Positions 1-10,314 of a DNA stretch of 64,000 nucleotides are shown piece by piece. The first letter of the stretch is position 1. The number at the start of each line of letters is the position of its first letter. The DNA comes from a virus (taxonomy: Duplodnaviria; Caudoviricetes). The translations under genes were made by a program, and so were the position numbers. The stretch covers positions 1 through 64,000 of the IMG/VR virus record IMGVR_UViG_3300035152_000033. One strand, written 5' to 3'. Below the pieces are notes generated by a model. The model did no database searches. It saw only the letters and a list, made by a program, of their open reading frames with translations, and was not told the DNA's origin.

Positions 1-1829
1 TATAAATAAGACTCTTTAGAAACCTCAGCCAACAACTCTATAGCTTTATCTTTTAAATCCTCTGCATTAGTAAACCTTTCATCTGTTATAATACCTACTT
101 TTACTTTACTATAATAAGTATAATCCTCAACAAAAGGAACACCTCCATTAACTTCCGCTATAGATAATCCGTCTTTTCCATAAGGATATAAACGTGTGAT
201 TACATCTGTGCTATCACTTTCAAGAGTAATTTCTTTCATGTTTTTCCCTGCCAAAATACCAACACCAGGATCGCCACCAACTTGATTTAAAAAGTTAACT
301 CTATAATTAATAAAATCAAACTCTAACTCTCCACCCCAAAAGTCAACAACAGATTTCAAGCACTCAAGAACATTCATATTACTATTTACTTTAAAATCCC
401 TTACTATATCTAAAAGCTCCTCAGAAATAATACCAACATCCCACTCAGTATCCCTTAATATATAAATTAAAGGAATAGCAGGATTAGAACTTTCCCAAGT
501 AAATTCACTATAAACCCCATTCTCATCAAAGATAGATATAGGACTTATATTACCTAACTCATACCATACAGCCTCACAAAAAATATCAACTTCCCCACCA
601 AAATCTTTTAATTTAGATATTCTACGAATATAAAAGTCTTTTCCATAAACCCTAACTTTTTTCTCATTTAAAACTTTAGATATATTAACATCATTATAAG
701 CTAAAGAAAAAGTAAGTTCTAAAATACCATTGACTTCTTCTTTAATAATAACATCCATAGCATGTAATAAAATAAAATCCATTATCCCAGCCTCATCATA
801 AACAACCACATTAGAATTACTTATGCTCTCAGGCTCCCTAATAGAATCATTATAAAATATACTATCCAAATCATTATATTTAACTATATCCAAATAATTA
901 TAAGGCACAATAGTAAAATGTTCCGTAGCTCTAACTAAAGGTATAGGTAAAACCATAGCCATATTTATAGGACTTATACTTTTATTATAATCATTAGTAT
1001 AAGTTGGTATGGGTAAACTTACTTTTAATGAAGTAGAAGGTACATAATTACCCGCATAAGCCAGAGGCTCCATACCTATATTTACCTTTATAGATGGTAC
1101 ATTAATAGAAACATTACCACCAGGATCAGCCTCAGGCAAACTAAGATTTACCCCTATAGGAGGAACTATTACCTCAGCATTACATTGTATACTAGGCTCA
1201 GGCAAAGAAATATATTTTAAGAAACTAGATAATTTCTCATTAACAGACCAACTAATAGAAGGTATTTGCATGTTAACATCAAATTTAGGATACTCCCATT
1301 CAACCATTAATCTCACTGCATAAGTATAACTATCATCATAATCAAAAGCTACAATATTACCATAATCTCCTACAGCACTACCATCATCTCTTAAGAAAAA
1401 TTGAATATCATTACCAGCAACCCAACCATCTTGATTAACTATTTCAGATATCATATCAGATAAATCAGGTGAATCCTCCCAATTAAAAATCTCACCATCT
1501 AAATCCCAATCAACTTTATTAGTTGTTAAACTACGGGAAAAATAATCCGCATTATCCACACACGCAGCAGGATTCAAGGCCTTTTCTGCGGAGACTTTTA
1601 ACTTAACAGAAACTCCCACATTTACATCAAAATAAGCCCTTAAATAAGCACTTTTAATAACAGCCTTAGGAGGAATAGTTACATCTGAAATCACATGAAA
1701 AGTATTTTGAGTTGTACTATCTCCAAATAACCCCGCATATAACCAACTACCATTATTTATATAATAACCACCATCCGTAGCATAACCATCATCAGTGCCA
1801 TACTCTGTATAATACCAATAGATACCCAA
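1..1829 (-). CDS. Tail-associated baseplate protein (Tal / prophage tail endopeptidase-type) with long N-terminal extension; runs off the window
   Basis: Not in the ORF track. TTG at 1829 after GGAGGTG. Frame spot-checked as open at the start, middle and window edge. The distal part reads FWGGELEFD...GKNMKEITLESDSTDVITRLYPYGKDGL, typical of Prophage_tail proteins. Confidence 0.8.
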   Translation of the reverse strand, partial: MGIYWYYTEYGTDDGYATDGGYYINNGSWLYAGLFGDSTTQNTFHVISDVTIPPKAVIKSAYLRAYFDVNVGVSVKLKVSAEKALNPAACVDNADYFSRSLTTNKVDWDLDGEIFNWEDSPDLSDMISEIVNQDGWVAGNDIQFFLRDDGSAVGDYGNIVAFDYDDSYTYAVRLMVEWEYPKFDVNMQIPSISWSVNEKLSSFLKYISLPEPSIQCNAEVIVPPIGVNLSLPEADPGGNVSINVPSIKVNIGMEPLAYAGNYVPSTSLKVSLPIPTYTNDYNKSISPINMAMVLPIPLVRATEHFTIVPYNYLDIVKYNDLDSIFYNDSIREPESISNSNVVVYDEAGIMDFILLHAMDVIIKEEVNGILELTFSLAYNDVNISKVLNEKKVRVYGKDFYIRRISKLKDFGGEVDIFCEAVWYELGNISPISIFDENGVYSEFTWESSNPAIPLIYILRDTEWDVGIISEELLDIVRDFKVNSNMNVLECLKSVVDFWGGELEFDFINYRVNFLNQVGGDPGVGILAGKNMKEITLESDSTDVITRLYPYGKDGLSIAEVNGGVPFVEDYTYYSKVKVGIITDERFTNAEDLKDKAIELLAEVSKESYL

Positions 1830-1866
1830 AAGTCATCACCTCCTCATAAACTTTAAGATTAACTTA

Positions 1867-2310
1867 TTAAGCAGGAGGCGAAAAATAAACTACACCATTA
1901 GCATCCCAAGTAAGAGTAAAATCACCTGAGGACACACTAATATCCGCTCCAAAATCTATTAAACCAATAACAATACTAGTCGCTGGATTGCCAGTATCTT
2001 TAAAAATAACAGCGTATCGAGCAGTAAAAGTCGCACTACTCCAAACAATATCAGCCGCATCTAAAGAAGCATTACCCCCACTAGTTGTATTAGTTTTAGA
2101 TGATAAAGTTTTTTGTGTATAACCCGTACCACTAGTAGACACCTCATAAGTATCATATCCACTAACATCCGCTAAATACGTATCCGTATTTATATCAGGA
2201 GCCAAAGAACTAGTATACAAAGCTAACTTTATAGTATCACTCACCCAATTAATTTCAGCCTCTGCCAACTTTTTAGCGAAATTTCCAAAAAAATCAGTGC
2301 TTACAGCCAT
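1867..2310 (-). CDS. Virion tail structural protein
   Basis: DTIKLALYTS...DAADIVWS..TFTARYAVI...DFTLTW pattern common in siphovirus tail-tip modules; position. Confidence 0.65.
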   Translation of the reverse strand: MAVSTDFFGNFAKKLAEAEINWVSDTIKLALYTSSLAPDINTDTYLADVSGYDTYEVSTSGTGYTQKTLSSKTNTTSGGNASLDAADIVWSSATFTARYAVIFKDTGNPATSIVIGLIDFGADISVSSGDFTLTWDANGVVYFSPPA

Positions 2311-2325
2311 TAATAAAACCTCCTT

Positions 2326-3243
2326 TTAACTAGACTTACGTCTTAAAAACACCGCCCCTAATTGAGCCGCATCCTCCATAGCTACTAAACTAGCCCCACC
2401 ACTAAAAGGGTTAGGCGGCTCATTAGTATATGTAGCCCCAAGAGTATATCCTACATAATTTTTAACAGGGTTCCAATCACTAGCTATAGGATTAATATAA
2501 GAAGTAACTACCCCTTGAATATCCACAGCAACATCAGTAATAAACCCTATCCAATACAAACCTTTATTTAAAATTATATCCTCTGATAAAACAGTTACAC
2601 CAGTACTACTAACATCTAATTCCCCATCATAAATTAACTCTCCTGGATAACCATTATCATTAGCCCAAATAGAAACACACATATTACCAGCTAAAGCCGC
2701 TACTATATCAGTTCCTATCCTATCAAAAGTTAAAGTCTCTGGTATTTCCAAAGGTAATATATAATAAGTATCAGCCGAAACAGTTACCGACCTATAAGCA
2801 GGAGCTACACTTTTATACTGATTAGGTACATAAACAGGACCTACTTTTCTATTAACTTCACTTACAACAGTAGATTGAGAATCTTTTATATAATCAAAAT
2901 CTGCCGTAATTGTATCCCCAGGTAACTGTTGACTATTAAAAATAATTAAACCAAAACCTTTATGTAAAACATATTCCCCAGAATCAACCTCTACAGCATT
3001 TCTATATATTACAGGAGTAGGACTATCTAACCAATTCCTATAGCCTCCCGTAGCCTCATAAATCCTATATCTCAAAGCTATTACACTTTGATCAATTACA
3101 GGAGTTAATTCATGATCGGAGACAGAATCCGAAGATAACCCTAATAAATCCTCAAGTCTCATTACTCCTTTTGCTATAGCATTTAAATGACCTGATAAAA
3201 TACTATCTAGAGTACTTAATACTCTAAAATCTGAATTAGCCAT
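2326..3243 (-). CDS. Putative tail-tip / receptor-binding structural protein
   Basis: Beta-rich 305 aa, ITADFDY motif, lies between Dit and Tal. Confidence 0.5.
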   Translation of the reverse strand: MANSDFRVLSTLDSILSGHLNAIAKGVMRLEDLLGLSSDSVSDHELTPVIDQSVIALRYRIYEATGGYRNWLDSPTPVIYRNAVEVDSGEYVLHKGFGLIIFNSQQLPGDTITADFDYIKDSQSTVVSEVNRKVGPVYVPNQYKSVAPAYRSVTVSADTYYILPLEIPETLTFDRIGTDIVAALAGNMCVSIWANDNGYPGELIYDGELDVSSTGVTVLSEDIILNKGLYWIGFITDVAVDIQGVVTSYINPIASDWNPVKNYVGYTLGATYTNEPPNPFSGGASLVAMEDAAQLGAVFLRRKSS

Positions 3244-3261
3244 AACACACCTCCAATCTTT

Positions 3262-3290
3262 ATTATATCAGCAAACTACACATACGTCAA
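3262..3290 (-). promoter_or_regulatory. Sigma-A promoter TTGACG-17-TATAAT upstream of 2326..3243
   Basis: Minus strand TTGACG tatgtgtagtttgctga TATAAT. Confidence 0.7.
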
Positions 3291-3295
3291 TCAAT

Positions 3296-3320
3296 AGAAA
3301 AGGCGGCACACCGCCGCCCA
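3296..3320 (-). terminator. Intrinsic terminator after Dit
   Basis: GGCGGC/GCCGCC GC-rich stem followed by TTTT. Confidence 0.7.
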
Positions 3321-3333
3321 TCTACCTTACAGC

Positions 3334-4080
3334 TTACACCCACCGACTTCGACAGGTCACATCTATATCAACGGTGAAATCACTTGTTAAAACATAAAAA
3401 GAGTTTTCACCAGTAACAGCCTCAAAAAAATCCAAAGAATCTAAATTATTAATAGCACTTGTTTTAACTTCACCATTTAAAATATAAGCAGTTTTCAATT
3501 TAGAATCTATAACTAACTTATCACCTGAGACCATAGTCCCTGTATAATTAATAGTAACACCATTTAAAATTATTTCTATAGTACCACTACCAACAGCAGT
3601 AATCTCAATCTTAGGCAAAGAATTTATATTTCCCTTACTTCTAGTAAAATTATGATTGCCAGTACCATTAAAATTAAAAGTCTCATCCTCTACAGCATAC
3701 CAATAAGGATCAAAAGCCATAAAATTTAAAGTACCTGTACCATTTAAAGCTATTAAATCTAAAGAAGTGTTCCCAGATAAAATCGCATTTAAATATTTAT
3801 CACTCTCATCAGAGAATATTAAAGCCTTAGGCTCAGCCTTTATAAGTTTAGAAGCTATATCCCTTTTAAGACTATGCAAAGCAGTTAAACTATCCTCATA
3901 TACCACAACATCAACAGGTACCGTTGCAATACCATCCCTTTTATTAATAAATAATTCTCCATTAGTATTAGTATCCGTTGATTTAACTATTTGATTAATA
4001 ATTAAATCTCTACCAACATTATTAACAAATAAAAGATTAGAAAAGTCTACTCCATCAAAACTAAAAGTGACATTAGCCAT
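3334..4080 (-). CDS. Distal tail protein (Dit)
   Basis: FSFDGVD...LIFSDESDKYLNAI...FMAFDPYWY; directly after tape measure. Confidence 0.85.
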   Translation of the reverse strand: MANVTFSFDGVDFSNLLFVNNVGRDLIINQIVKSTDTNTNGELFINKRDGIATVPVDVVVYEDSLTALHSLKRDIASKLIKAEPKALIFSDESDKYLNAILSGNTSLDLIALNGTGTLNFMAFDPYWYAVEDETFNFNGTGNHNFTRSKGNINSLPKIEITAVGSGTIEIILNGVTINYTGTMVSGDKLVIDSKLKTAYILNGEVKTSAINNLDSLDFFEAVTGENSFYVLTSDFTVDIDVTCRSRWV

Positions 4081-6764
4081 TATCTTCGCCTCCCCTCAGA
4101 CCTATTTTTATTACCAGTTTTTCTGGCTAAATTAGTAGACACATAAGGAGTTACTACTCTAGACACTTCACGCCCATCTAAATTAACAGGAACCTCAACA
4201 ACTATTCTATCCTTTACAAAATCTGATAACTTTTGAGCAAACATACCATTCATATTAGCATGATTATTACTTAAAACTCTCATTAAATTAGTATCACCAA
4301 TACCAATATCAGATAAATCTCTAAAGTTACCTACCATGTCTTTCTTCATTTCATGAGATTTCAGAGCAATTGCATCCATAGCTCGCTCCAAATATGAAGG
4401 TGAATGAATACCTAAACCATCTTTAAAACCTTCCCAAATCTTCGCACCCGCTTTTTTTGCGTTATTCCAAAGAGTAGACCCAATATTTAATAATTTAGTA
4501 GCAGCATCTTTTAAAATACCACCAATTTTAGATGGTAAGTCTCTAATAGTACTAATAAAACCACTAACAAGTTTGGTACCTGCATCTTTTGCCTTTTGTA
4601 TCATCTTAGCACGCCATGACACAACCTTATTAATTGTTTGTAGTAAAAAAGTCCATGCTTTACTAGGTAAATTTTTAAAGAAATTTATTACACCCTCTAT
4701 AAAACTCCTACCCGTTTCAATTGCCTTACTCCTCATCTGAGAACCCCATGAAATAGCTTTACTTATAGTACTAGTAAAGAAATTCCATAAACGTCCTGGC
4801 AACTGTTGAAAAAATGATACCACAGCAGCTAAAAACTTAGCACCAAGTTCTTTAGCTTTAGCTATCATATTAGCACGCCAAACCAATACTTTATTAACTA
4901 CCTTAACAAATAAATTCCACATCTTACCTGGTAACTCAGTTACTAAGAAAATTATACCATCTACTAAAGCTTTTCCAACTTTAAGGGCTAACTGTCCTAA
5001 CTTAATACCAAAATCTATTACAGCCCTTACAGCTTTACCTATAGCAAAACCAAACCAATAAAGCAAATCACTAGGCAAACTCTTAATACCCTCTATAAAT
5101 TTAGCTACAGCTTCTCTAGCTTTTGCGGCTAATTGTACTTGCCACTCAACCACCTTAGCAATAACACCTGATAAAAAGGTCCATATCTTGCCTGGTAAAG
5201 ACTTAAAAAAGTTAGCAATAGCATCAACAATACTTCCTATCTTCTCAGGTATTGATTGAAAAAACGAAACTATAGCACCCCATACAGAAATAGCCGCAGC
5301 TTTTATAGTCTCCCAAACACCCAACAAAAAGGCACTTACAGTATCCCAATTTTTAACTAATAACACTATAGCAGCTATTAAAGCTATAACACCCAAAACA
5401 ATCCAAGTTATAGGATTAGCTAACAAAGCCGTAGTAAAAGTCCATGCCGCCACAGCAGCACTAGAAAAGGCCATAACTAACGTTGGAAATACCGCTACTA
5501 TAACACCTACAGAAGAAATTAAATTCCCTAAAACCATCAGAATAGGCCCTATAGCCACAGCAAAAGCAATGAAACCAGCCACAACACCCTGTAAAGGAGG
5601 ACTTAATTGAGCATACCAACCGACCAATTTACCAACCACTCCTCCTACTTTTTCCAAAGCAGGAATCAAAGTATCAGTAACAACAGGAGCCAATTGCTCA
5701 CCCAAAGAAATTAATAAACCCTCAGTCCTAGATTTTAACTCTCTAAAAGCTCCTCCTACATTATCCTCCATAGTAGTAGCCATTTTTTCAGCCGCTCCCT
5801 CAGACTCATACATTTTCTTTTCTAACTCTTTATATTTTTTAGAGCCAGTTTCCAGCATGATATTAACACCACGAATAGACCTCTCATGGAAAATACCACC
5901 TAAAGCAGCGTCTCGCTCAGCCGTAGTCATACCAGCCGTAGCCTTTTCCACATCTCCCATAATACTACCTAAATCTCGCATAGTACCATTAGAATTATAA
6001 AGAGCCACAGACATATCACCTATAGCCACTTTACCATCCTCAGCTCCCTTACGCAAATCTCTTAACATAGCATTAAAAGTAGTACCTGCCATAGAGCCTT
6101 TTATACCACTATTAGCCAAGGTTCCCATAACTGCCGCCGTCTGTGCTAAATTCATACCAGCCGCATGAGCATTAGCACTGGAATATTTAAAAGCCTCACC
6201 TAATTGCTCAACACTAGTATTACTTTTTGCCTGAGCTTGTGCAAATATATCAGAAGCCTTACCAGCCTCAGAAGCTTGCATATTAAAAGCAGACATAGTA
6301 TCTGTTACTATATCCGCAGCAGTAGCCAACTGTAAAGACCCCGCACTTGCCAAATCCAACATAGAAGGTGTAGCCGCCAATATTTGATTAGTATCCCAAC
6401 CAGCCAGAGCCAAAAAGCCCATAGCATCTGCAGCCTCAGAAGCCGAAAACCTAGTAGTAGAACCCATTTCCTTCGCTTGATCTCTAAGCTTAACCATTTC
6501 ACCACCAGTGGCACCACTGACAGCCTTTACCCTAGACATAGAATCATCAAACTTAGCTACAGTTTTTACAGCCGCAGCACCTACAGCAACCAAAGGAACA
6601 GTTACATTTTTAGTTAAAGAACCGCCTACTTTACTCATAGTATTCCCTGTTGTAATTAAACGATTATTTAAACCACTTGTCTGATCGCCTACACCTCTAA
6701 TAACATTACTAGCTTGATCTATTGCTCTAATCAAAATATTCATTATAGCAGGCATAAAAGTCAC
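4080..6764 (-). CDS. Tape measure protein (TP901 family)
   Basis: FDDSMSRVKAVSGA...TTRFSASEAA...GIKGSMAGT; W/F-periodic repeats; LGIHSPS near C-terminus. Confidence 0.95.
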   Translation of the reverse strand: MTFMPAIMNILIRAIDQASNVIRGVGDQTSGLNNRLITTGNTMSKVGGSLTKNVTVPLVAVGAAAVKTVAKFDDSMSRVKAVSGATGGEMVKLRDQAKEMGSTTRFSASEAADAMGFLALAGWDTNQILAATPSMLDLASAGSLQLATAADIVTDTMSAFNMQASEAGKASDIFAQAQAKSNTSVEQLGEAFKYSSANAHAAGMNLAQTAAVMGTLANSGIKGSMAGTTFNAMLRDLRKGAEDGKVAIGDMSVALYNSNGTMRDLGSIMGDVEKATAGMTTAERDAALGGIFHERSIRGVNIMLETGSKKYKELEKKMYESEGAAEKMATTMEDNVGGAFRELKSRTEGLLISLGEQLAPVVTDTLIPALEKVGGVVGKLVGWYAQLSPPLQGVVAGFIAFAVAIGPILMVLGNLISSVGVIVAVFPTLVMAFSSAAVAAWTFTTALLANPITWIVLGVIALIAAIVLLVKNWDTVSAFLLGVWETIKAAAISVWGAIVSFFQSIPEKIGSIVDAIANFFKSLPGKIWTFLSGVIAKVVEWQVQLAAKAREAVAKFIEGIKSLPSDLLYWFGFAIGKAVRAVIDFGIKLGQLALKVGKALVDGIIFLVTELPGKMWNLFVKVVNKVLVWRANMIAKAKELGAKFLAAVVSFFQQLPGRLWNFFTSTISKAISWGSQMRSKAIETGRSFIEGVINFFKNLPSKAWTFLLQTINKVVSWRAKMIQKAKDAGTKLVSGFISTIRDLPSKIGGILKDAATKLLNIGSTLWNNAKKAGAKIWEGFKDGLGIHSPSYLERAMDAIALKSHEMKKDMVGNFRDLSDIGIGDTNLMRVLSNNHANMNGMFAQKLSDFVKDRIVVEVPVNLDGREVSRVVTPYVSTNLARKTGNKNRSEGRRR

Positions 6765-7051
6765 CTCCTCTTTTTTCTAGCATTATACATAGCTTTCATA
6801 GTCTTTAAATCAGCATTACCACTCTTAGGATTACCAGGCTTAGTCCCAGGTAATCCTTTATTATTCTCAACCCCATTATCACCCATCATTAATCTGTTAA
6901 TTTCAGGTAAAGCCTCAAGTAAAAATTCCCTTTGCAAAGGTGTTAATTCTCCTTGAGTAGGAGCCAATTTATAACCATTTACATCCAAGTAAGCAATTCT
7001 TAAACCTTCCTCACTCTTTGCGAAATTGTTTGATTGCCTCAGACCTCGCAT
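6761..7051 (-). CDS. Tail assembly chaperone extension (gpT-like), probably reached by +1 frameshift
   Basis: Overlaps the end of 7011..7466 in the +1 frame at TTT CGC; precedes tape measure. Confidence 0.7.
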   Translation of the reverse strand: MRGLRQSNNFAKSEEGLRIAYLDVNGYKLAPTQGELTPLQREFLLEALPEINRLMMGDNGVENNKGLPGTKPGNPKSGNADLKTMKAMYNARKKRR

Positions 7052-7466
7052 TTTTACCTATAATTTTTGGAGACACTCCACTTAAATCATATATTTTCTC
7101 AGCAATTTTTTTAACTATTCCCGCAGGAGTTAACTCTTTAATCTCCTCAATAGTCCAGGGTTCTTCTTCTACCAAGCCAAAACTAACAGCCAAACAATCA
7201 GCTTCAAACTCAGCCGTAGTTATCTTTTCCATATCCATGCTCAAGCTCATATTAGACATATCTATATTAGATTTATCTTGCATATTAACATCAGGCATAC
7301 CAGAAATAGAAACACCACGAGTCCTTATCGCTTCTACCTTTGTCCATTGGGCATCTGTTAAAGGTCTTAATTGCAATTCACCTTTAAGCTCAGTAAAATA
7401 CACCCACTCAGTATTAAGAACACCATTTAAAATATCTTTTTTACACAACTTTTTAATTTCACTCAC
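7011..7466 (-). CDS. Tail assembly chaperone (gpG-like)
   Basis: Position between tail tube and tape measure; ends KQFRKE*. Confidence 0.75.
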   Translation of the reverse strand: MSEIKKLCKKDILNGVLNTEWVYFTELKGELQLRPLTDAQWTKVEAIRTRGVSISGMPDVNMQDKSNIDMSNMSLSMDMEKITTAEFEADCLAVSFGLVEEEPWTIEEIKELTPAGIVKKIAEKIYDLSGVSPKIIGKNARSEAIKQFRKE

Positions 7467-7484
7467 TACAATAACCTCCTAATA

Positions 7485-8477
7485 TTAAGCTGTTAAACTA
7501 GCTATATCATTTTCCACACTTACTCCTATCTCACTCTCCACATCTCCATCAGATAACGTAATAGTACTCATTAAACACCTACCAGTAACAGATTGCACAA
7601 TTTCATCCCTCGAACTAGGTTGCTGTTGAACTTCACTATAAGCAACTTTAGGTAAAGTGATTGTCATAGAACCATGTGCACCATTATCAAAAGACAACAC
7701 TATAGCCTTCTCACTAACACCAGTAGCAACAGGACCAGTAGCACCGCCCCAGAAATCTTCTAAAACACTGGAATCCTCAAAGAATAACTCCATTGAAATT
7801 TCCGTCTCTCTTTCTCCACCAATTACCCGATAAGGATGTCGACTACCTAAACCTCTACCAGACTCAGCATCCATATTATTAGATATGGATAAATTTAAAG
7901 TTTTAACCTTAGCAGACACAGAAGAGCCACCAATAGTAGCAGTTACCTCATGAAAAGCTAAAGGATAAGCATCAGGTAGAGACAAATCTGCTATAGCCTG
8001 AATAGTATCCTTTGAATCTTTAGCAGCCACAATATCGGCTGTTAAGTTACAAAACTCACCCTCTACTTGCAACTCCAAACTATTAATAACACATCCACTA
8101 AAAACATGCTCAAAATAATCTTTACCTACTCTAGCACAAAATGAATCCAATACGTTATTAGCAGACCCATAAAACTCATGTAGATTTAACGTCCCAGTAC
8201 CACCCTCACTAGTAAAAGCATAAGCTCCTAAACCCCATTTTAATAAATAAATAACACTGTTAACATCAAAAGCATACATGATATTTCCACTAGGGGCATA
8301 AAAACCAGGCCTCTGCAATGTAGCCGATCTTTGTAATCCTCCTCCATAAATAAGATTAGGATCAGATGGTGTATCTAAAGAAGCAGAAGCTATATCTACA
8401 TGCACTACAGCAGCAGGAGGACTCCCCATATTATAACTTGTCTCCTCAGCTAAACCTAAATATCTTTGTACAGCCAT
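7485..8477 (-). CDS. Major tail tube protein
   Basis: RYLGLAEETSY...FSGCVINSLEL...LNLSISNNM; position. Confidence 0.85.
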   Translation of the reverse strand: MAVQRYLGLAEETSYNMGSPPAAVVHVDIASASLDTPSDPNLIYGGGLQRSATLQRPGFYAPSGNIMYAFDVNSVIYLLKWGLGAYAFTSEGGTGTLNLHEFYGSANNVLDSFCARVGKDYFEHVFSGCVINSLELQVEGEFCNLTADIVAAKDSKDTIQAIADLSLPDAYPLAFHEVTATIGGSSVSAKVKTLNLSISNNMDAESGRGLGSRHPYRVIGGERETEISMELFFEDSSVLEDFWGGATGPVATGVSEKAIVLSFDNGAHGSMTITLPKVAYSEVQQQPSSRDEIVQSVTGRCLMSTITLSDGDVESEIGVSVENDIASLTA

Positions 8478-8496
8478 AAATCACACCTCCATTTTA

Positions 8497-8952
8497 TTAA
8501 TACTCTAAAATATTAAAAATAACTTTAACCGCAGCTAAAGCCGAATATTTATTTCCTTCCCTATGCCAAGGAGCTGAAGGTTCAAACCTACCACTTCTAA
8601 CATCCTGTACATAACTCCTATTTAAAGTCCTACCTTTAATTGTAGCCGATCTTGCCTGAGCTGCAATATTAGTAGCCGACCTATATCCTTCCTCAGGAAT
8701 ATTAGATGTTAATACAGGAGTTAAAATAGCAGTCAACTCCCAAGTCTCATATAAAGTCCGTTTTTCATGATTAGGAATACATTCCTCCACAAATACCCAC
8801 ACAGATGGCATTTTAGGGTTTGGTCTATCTCTATCTCCTCGAACAACAGAAACAGCATTCAACTCATTCTCAGCTATAGCAGTCGTTAACTTAGAAACAA
8901 TAGAATCTAAAATCTCATCAATTGCATCTTTCAAAAGTTTAGGCTCTGGCAT
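8497..8952 (-). CDS. Tail terminator / completion protein
   Basis: Size and position before tail tube; PSVWV motif. Confidence 0.6.
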   Translation of the reverse strand: MPEPKLLKDAIDEILDSIVSKLTTAIAENELNAVSVVRGDRDRPNPKMPSVWVFVEECIPNHEKRTLYETWELTAILTPVLTSNIPEEGYRSATNIAAQARSATIKGRTLNRSYVQDVRSGRFEPSAPWHREGNKYSALAAVKVIFNILEY

Positions 8953-9398
8953 TATAACTCGCCCCTTTCTCTAATTGCCATCTCTACATATACATTTAAT
9001 CTAGGTTCTATTATCCTAGACACCGCATCTACAAAATCATTAGCCTTAGTACCTCTATGGACTATAGTCCACCAAACAGGCCCAGGCGGTAAACCTTTAT
9101 ACCTAGCCCATTGAGCAATAGGATCAAAAGGTCTAGGACCTGGACCCGTACCCTCAACAACAGCTTTTAAATAATTTATAGGAGATGAAATGCCCCAAGA
9201 TAAATTACCATTCTTTCTAACTACCCAAGACCTAGCTAACACACCCTTATAAAAAGGGCTTTTTTCTTTCAATCTAGCCTTAGTATCAATAGCAGCCAAT
9301 CTAGCAGCTCTATTAGCAGTCTGTTTCATTTTTACTATCATAACTTCTATTTGAGTTCTATCAATACCTTCGACTTGGATGTCATAATTACCAGCCAT
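8952..9398 (-). CDS. HK97 gp10-like neck/tail completion protein
   Basis: SPFYKGVLARSW...YLKAVVEGT...HRGTKANDF. Confidence 0.75.
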   Translation of the reverse strand: MAGNYDIQVEGIDRTQIEVMIVKMKQTANRAARLAAIDTKARLKEKSPFYKGVLARSWVVRKNGNLSWGISSPINYLKAVVEGTGPGPRPFDPIAQWARYKGLPPGPVWWTIVHRGTKANDFVDAVSRIIEPRLNVYVEMAIRERGEL

Positions 9399-9401
9399 AT
9401 C

Positions 9402-9806
9402 TTAAGCCTCCTCATCATCTTCATAAGTTGAGGCCTTATAAAGACTCATTCTAAATCTTGGCTTTGCTGGAAATCTTCTTAAATCTCTTTTAATTGACTC
9501 TGTAAAAATCATATCCGTAGCAATATTATTAGTAAAATCATCATTCATAACAACAGGAGTCTGCCTTTTCATTACTGCCACAGAAGCCATATTTCCCACA
9601 ATTCTCAAAGCTATATTATGAATACCTTTTGGCACACTACCATCAGCATCATAATCCCTATTTCTATCTCCATCAATTAAACTCTTAGCTTCCTCTAACC
9701 ATTCTCCTATTAAAGTGTCTAAAGCAGCCTCATTCACAAGGCCTAAATCAGTATAAACAAGCCCTGTATATTGCTTAACAGCACTTACACTACTATACAC
9801 AGCCAT
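9402..9806 (-). CDS. Head-tail connector protein
   Basis: YSSVSAVKQY...LIDG..NRDY...VPKGI; position. Confidence 0.7.
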   Translation of the reverse strand: MAVYSSVSAVKQYTGLVYTDLGLVNEAALDTLIGEWLEEAKSLIDGDRNRDYDADGSVPKGIHNIALRIVGNMASVAVMKRQTPVVMNDDFTNNIATDMIFTESIKRDLRRFPAKPRFRMSLYKASTYEDDEEA

Positions 9807-9819
9807 TTATAAAACCCCC

Positions 9820-10287
9820 TTAAACACTTTGCATTCTAGTTTTAAATGCCTCATAATGATTAGGATGTTTTAATCTCACATGAGCAAACATACCAGCTCT
9901 AGTGCCATTAAAATCACAATAAGGACAATCAATATCCCCGTTTTTTACCTCTTTAATAGCCTCTTTTTTATCCTTAGACTCATTTAAAGGATTTTCATTA
10001 GCATCCTTTTTAGGGGCTTTTTTTGACGATTCTATAGTAGTTACCTCAGAGTTTTCACTTACTTTAGTAACAGCAGGAATACTCTCAGATTCTACCACAT
10101 GAGATATAACAGCTTTTTTAGGTTTATCTACAAAGCCTAAAATCTTTAATCTACAACAAGCTTTTATTTCTCTGTATTTAATAGAACCCTCTTCCATTAA
10201 TACATCTAAGACTTTACCTGCAGGAAATACAATCCCACCTCGACCTACATTAATATCCGATATATTTTTGACTCTATAATTAGCCAT
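9820..10287 (-). CDS. Hypothetical head-module protein with C-terminal C2H2 zinc finger
   Basis: Start moved to MANYR (AAAGGAG RBS); CPYCDFNGTRAGMFAHVRLKH. Confidence 0.65.
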   Translation of the reverse strand: MANYRVKNISDINVGRGGIVFPAGKVLDVLMEEGSIKYREIKACCRLKILGFVDKPKKAVISHVVESESIPAVTKVSENSEVTTIESSKKAPKKDANENPLNESKDKKEAIKEVKNGDIDCPYCDFNGTRAGMFAHVRLKHPNHYEAFKTRMQSV

Positions 10288-10314
10288 ATAAAATACTCCT
10301 TTCCTCATAAATAT

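Noticed and set aside
4400-5350. Periodic repeats in the tape measure and Ig genes as DGR template/variable repeats
   Set aside because: They are ordinary protein repeats; no reverse transcriptase and no adenine-specific mismatch pair was seen
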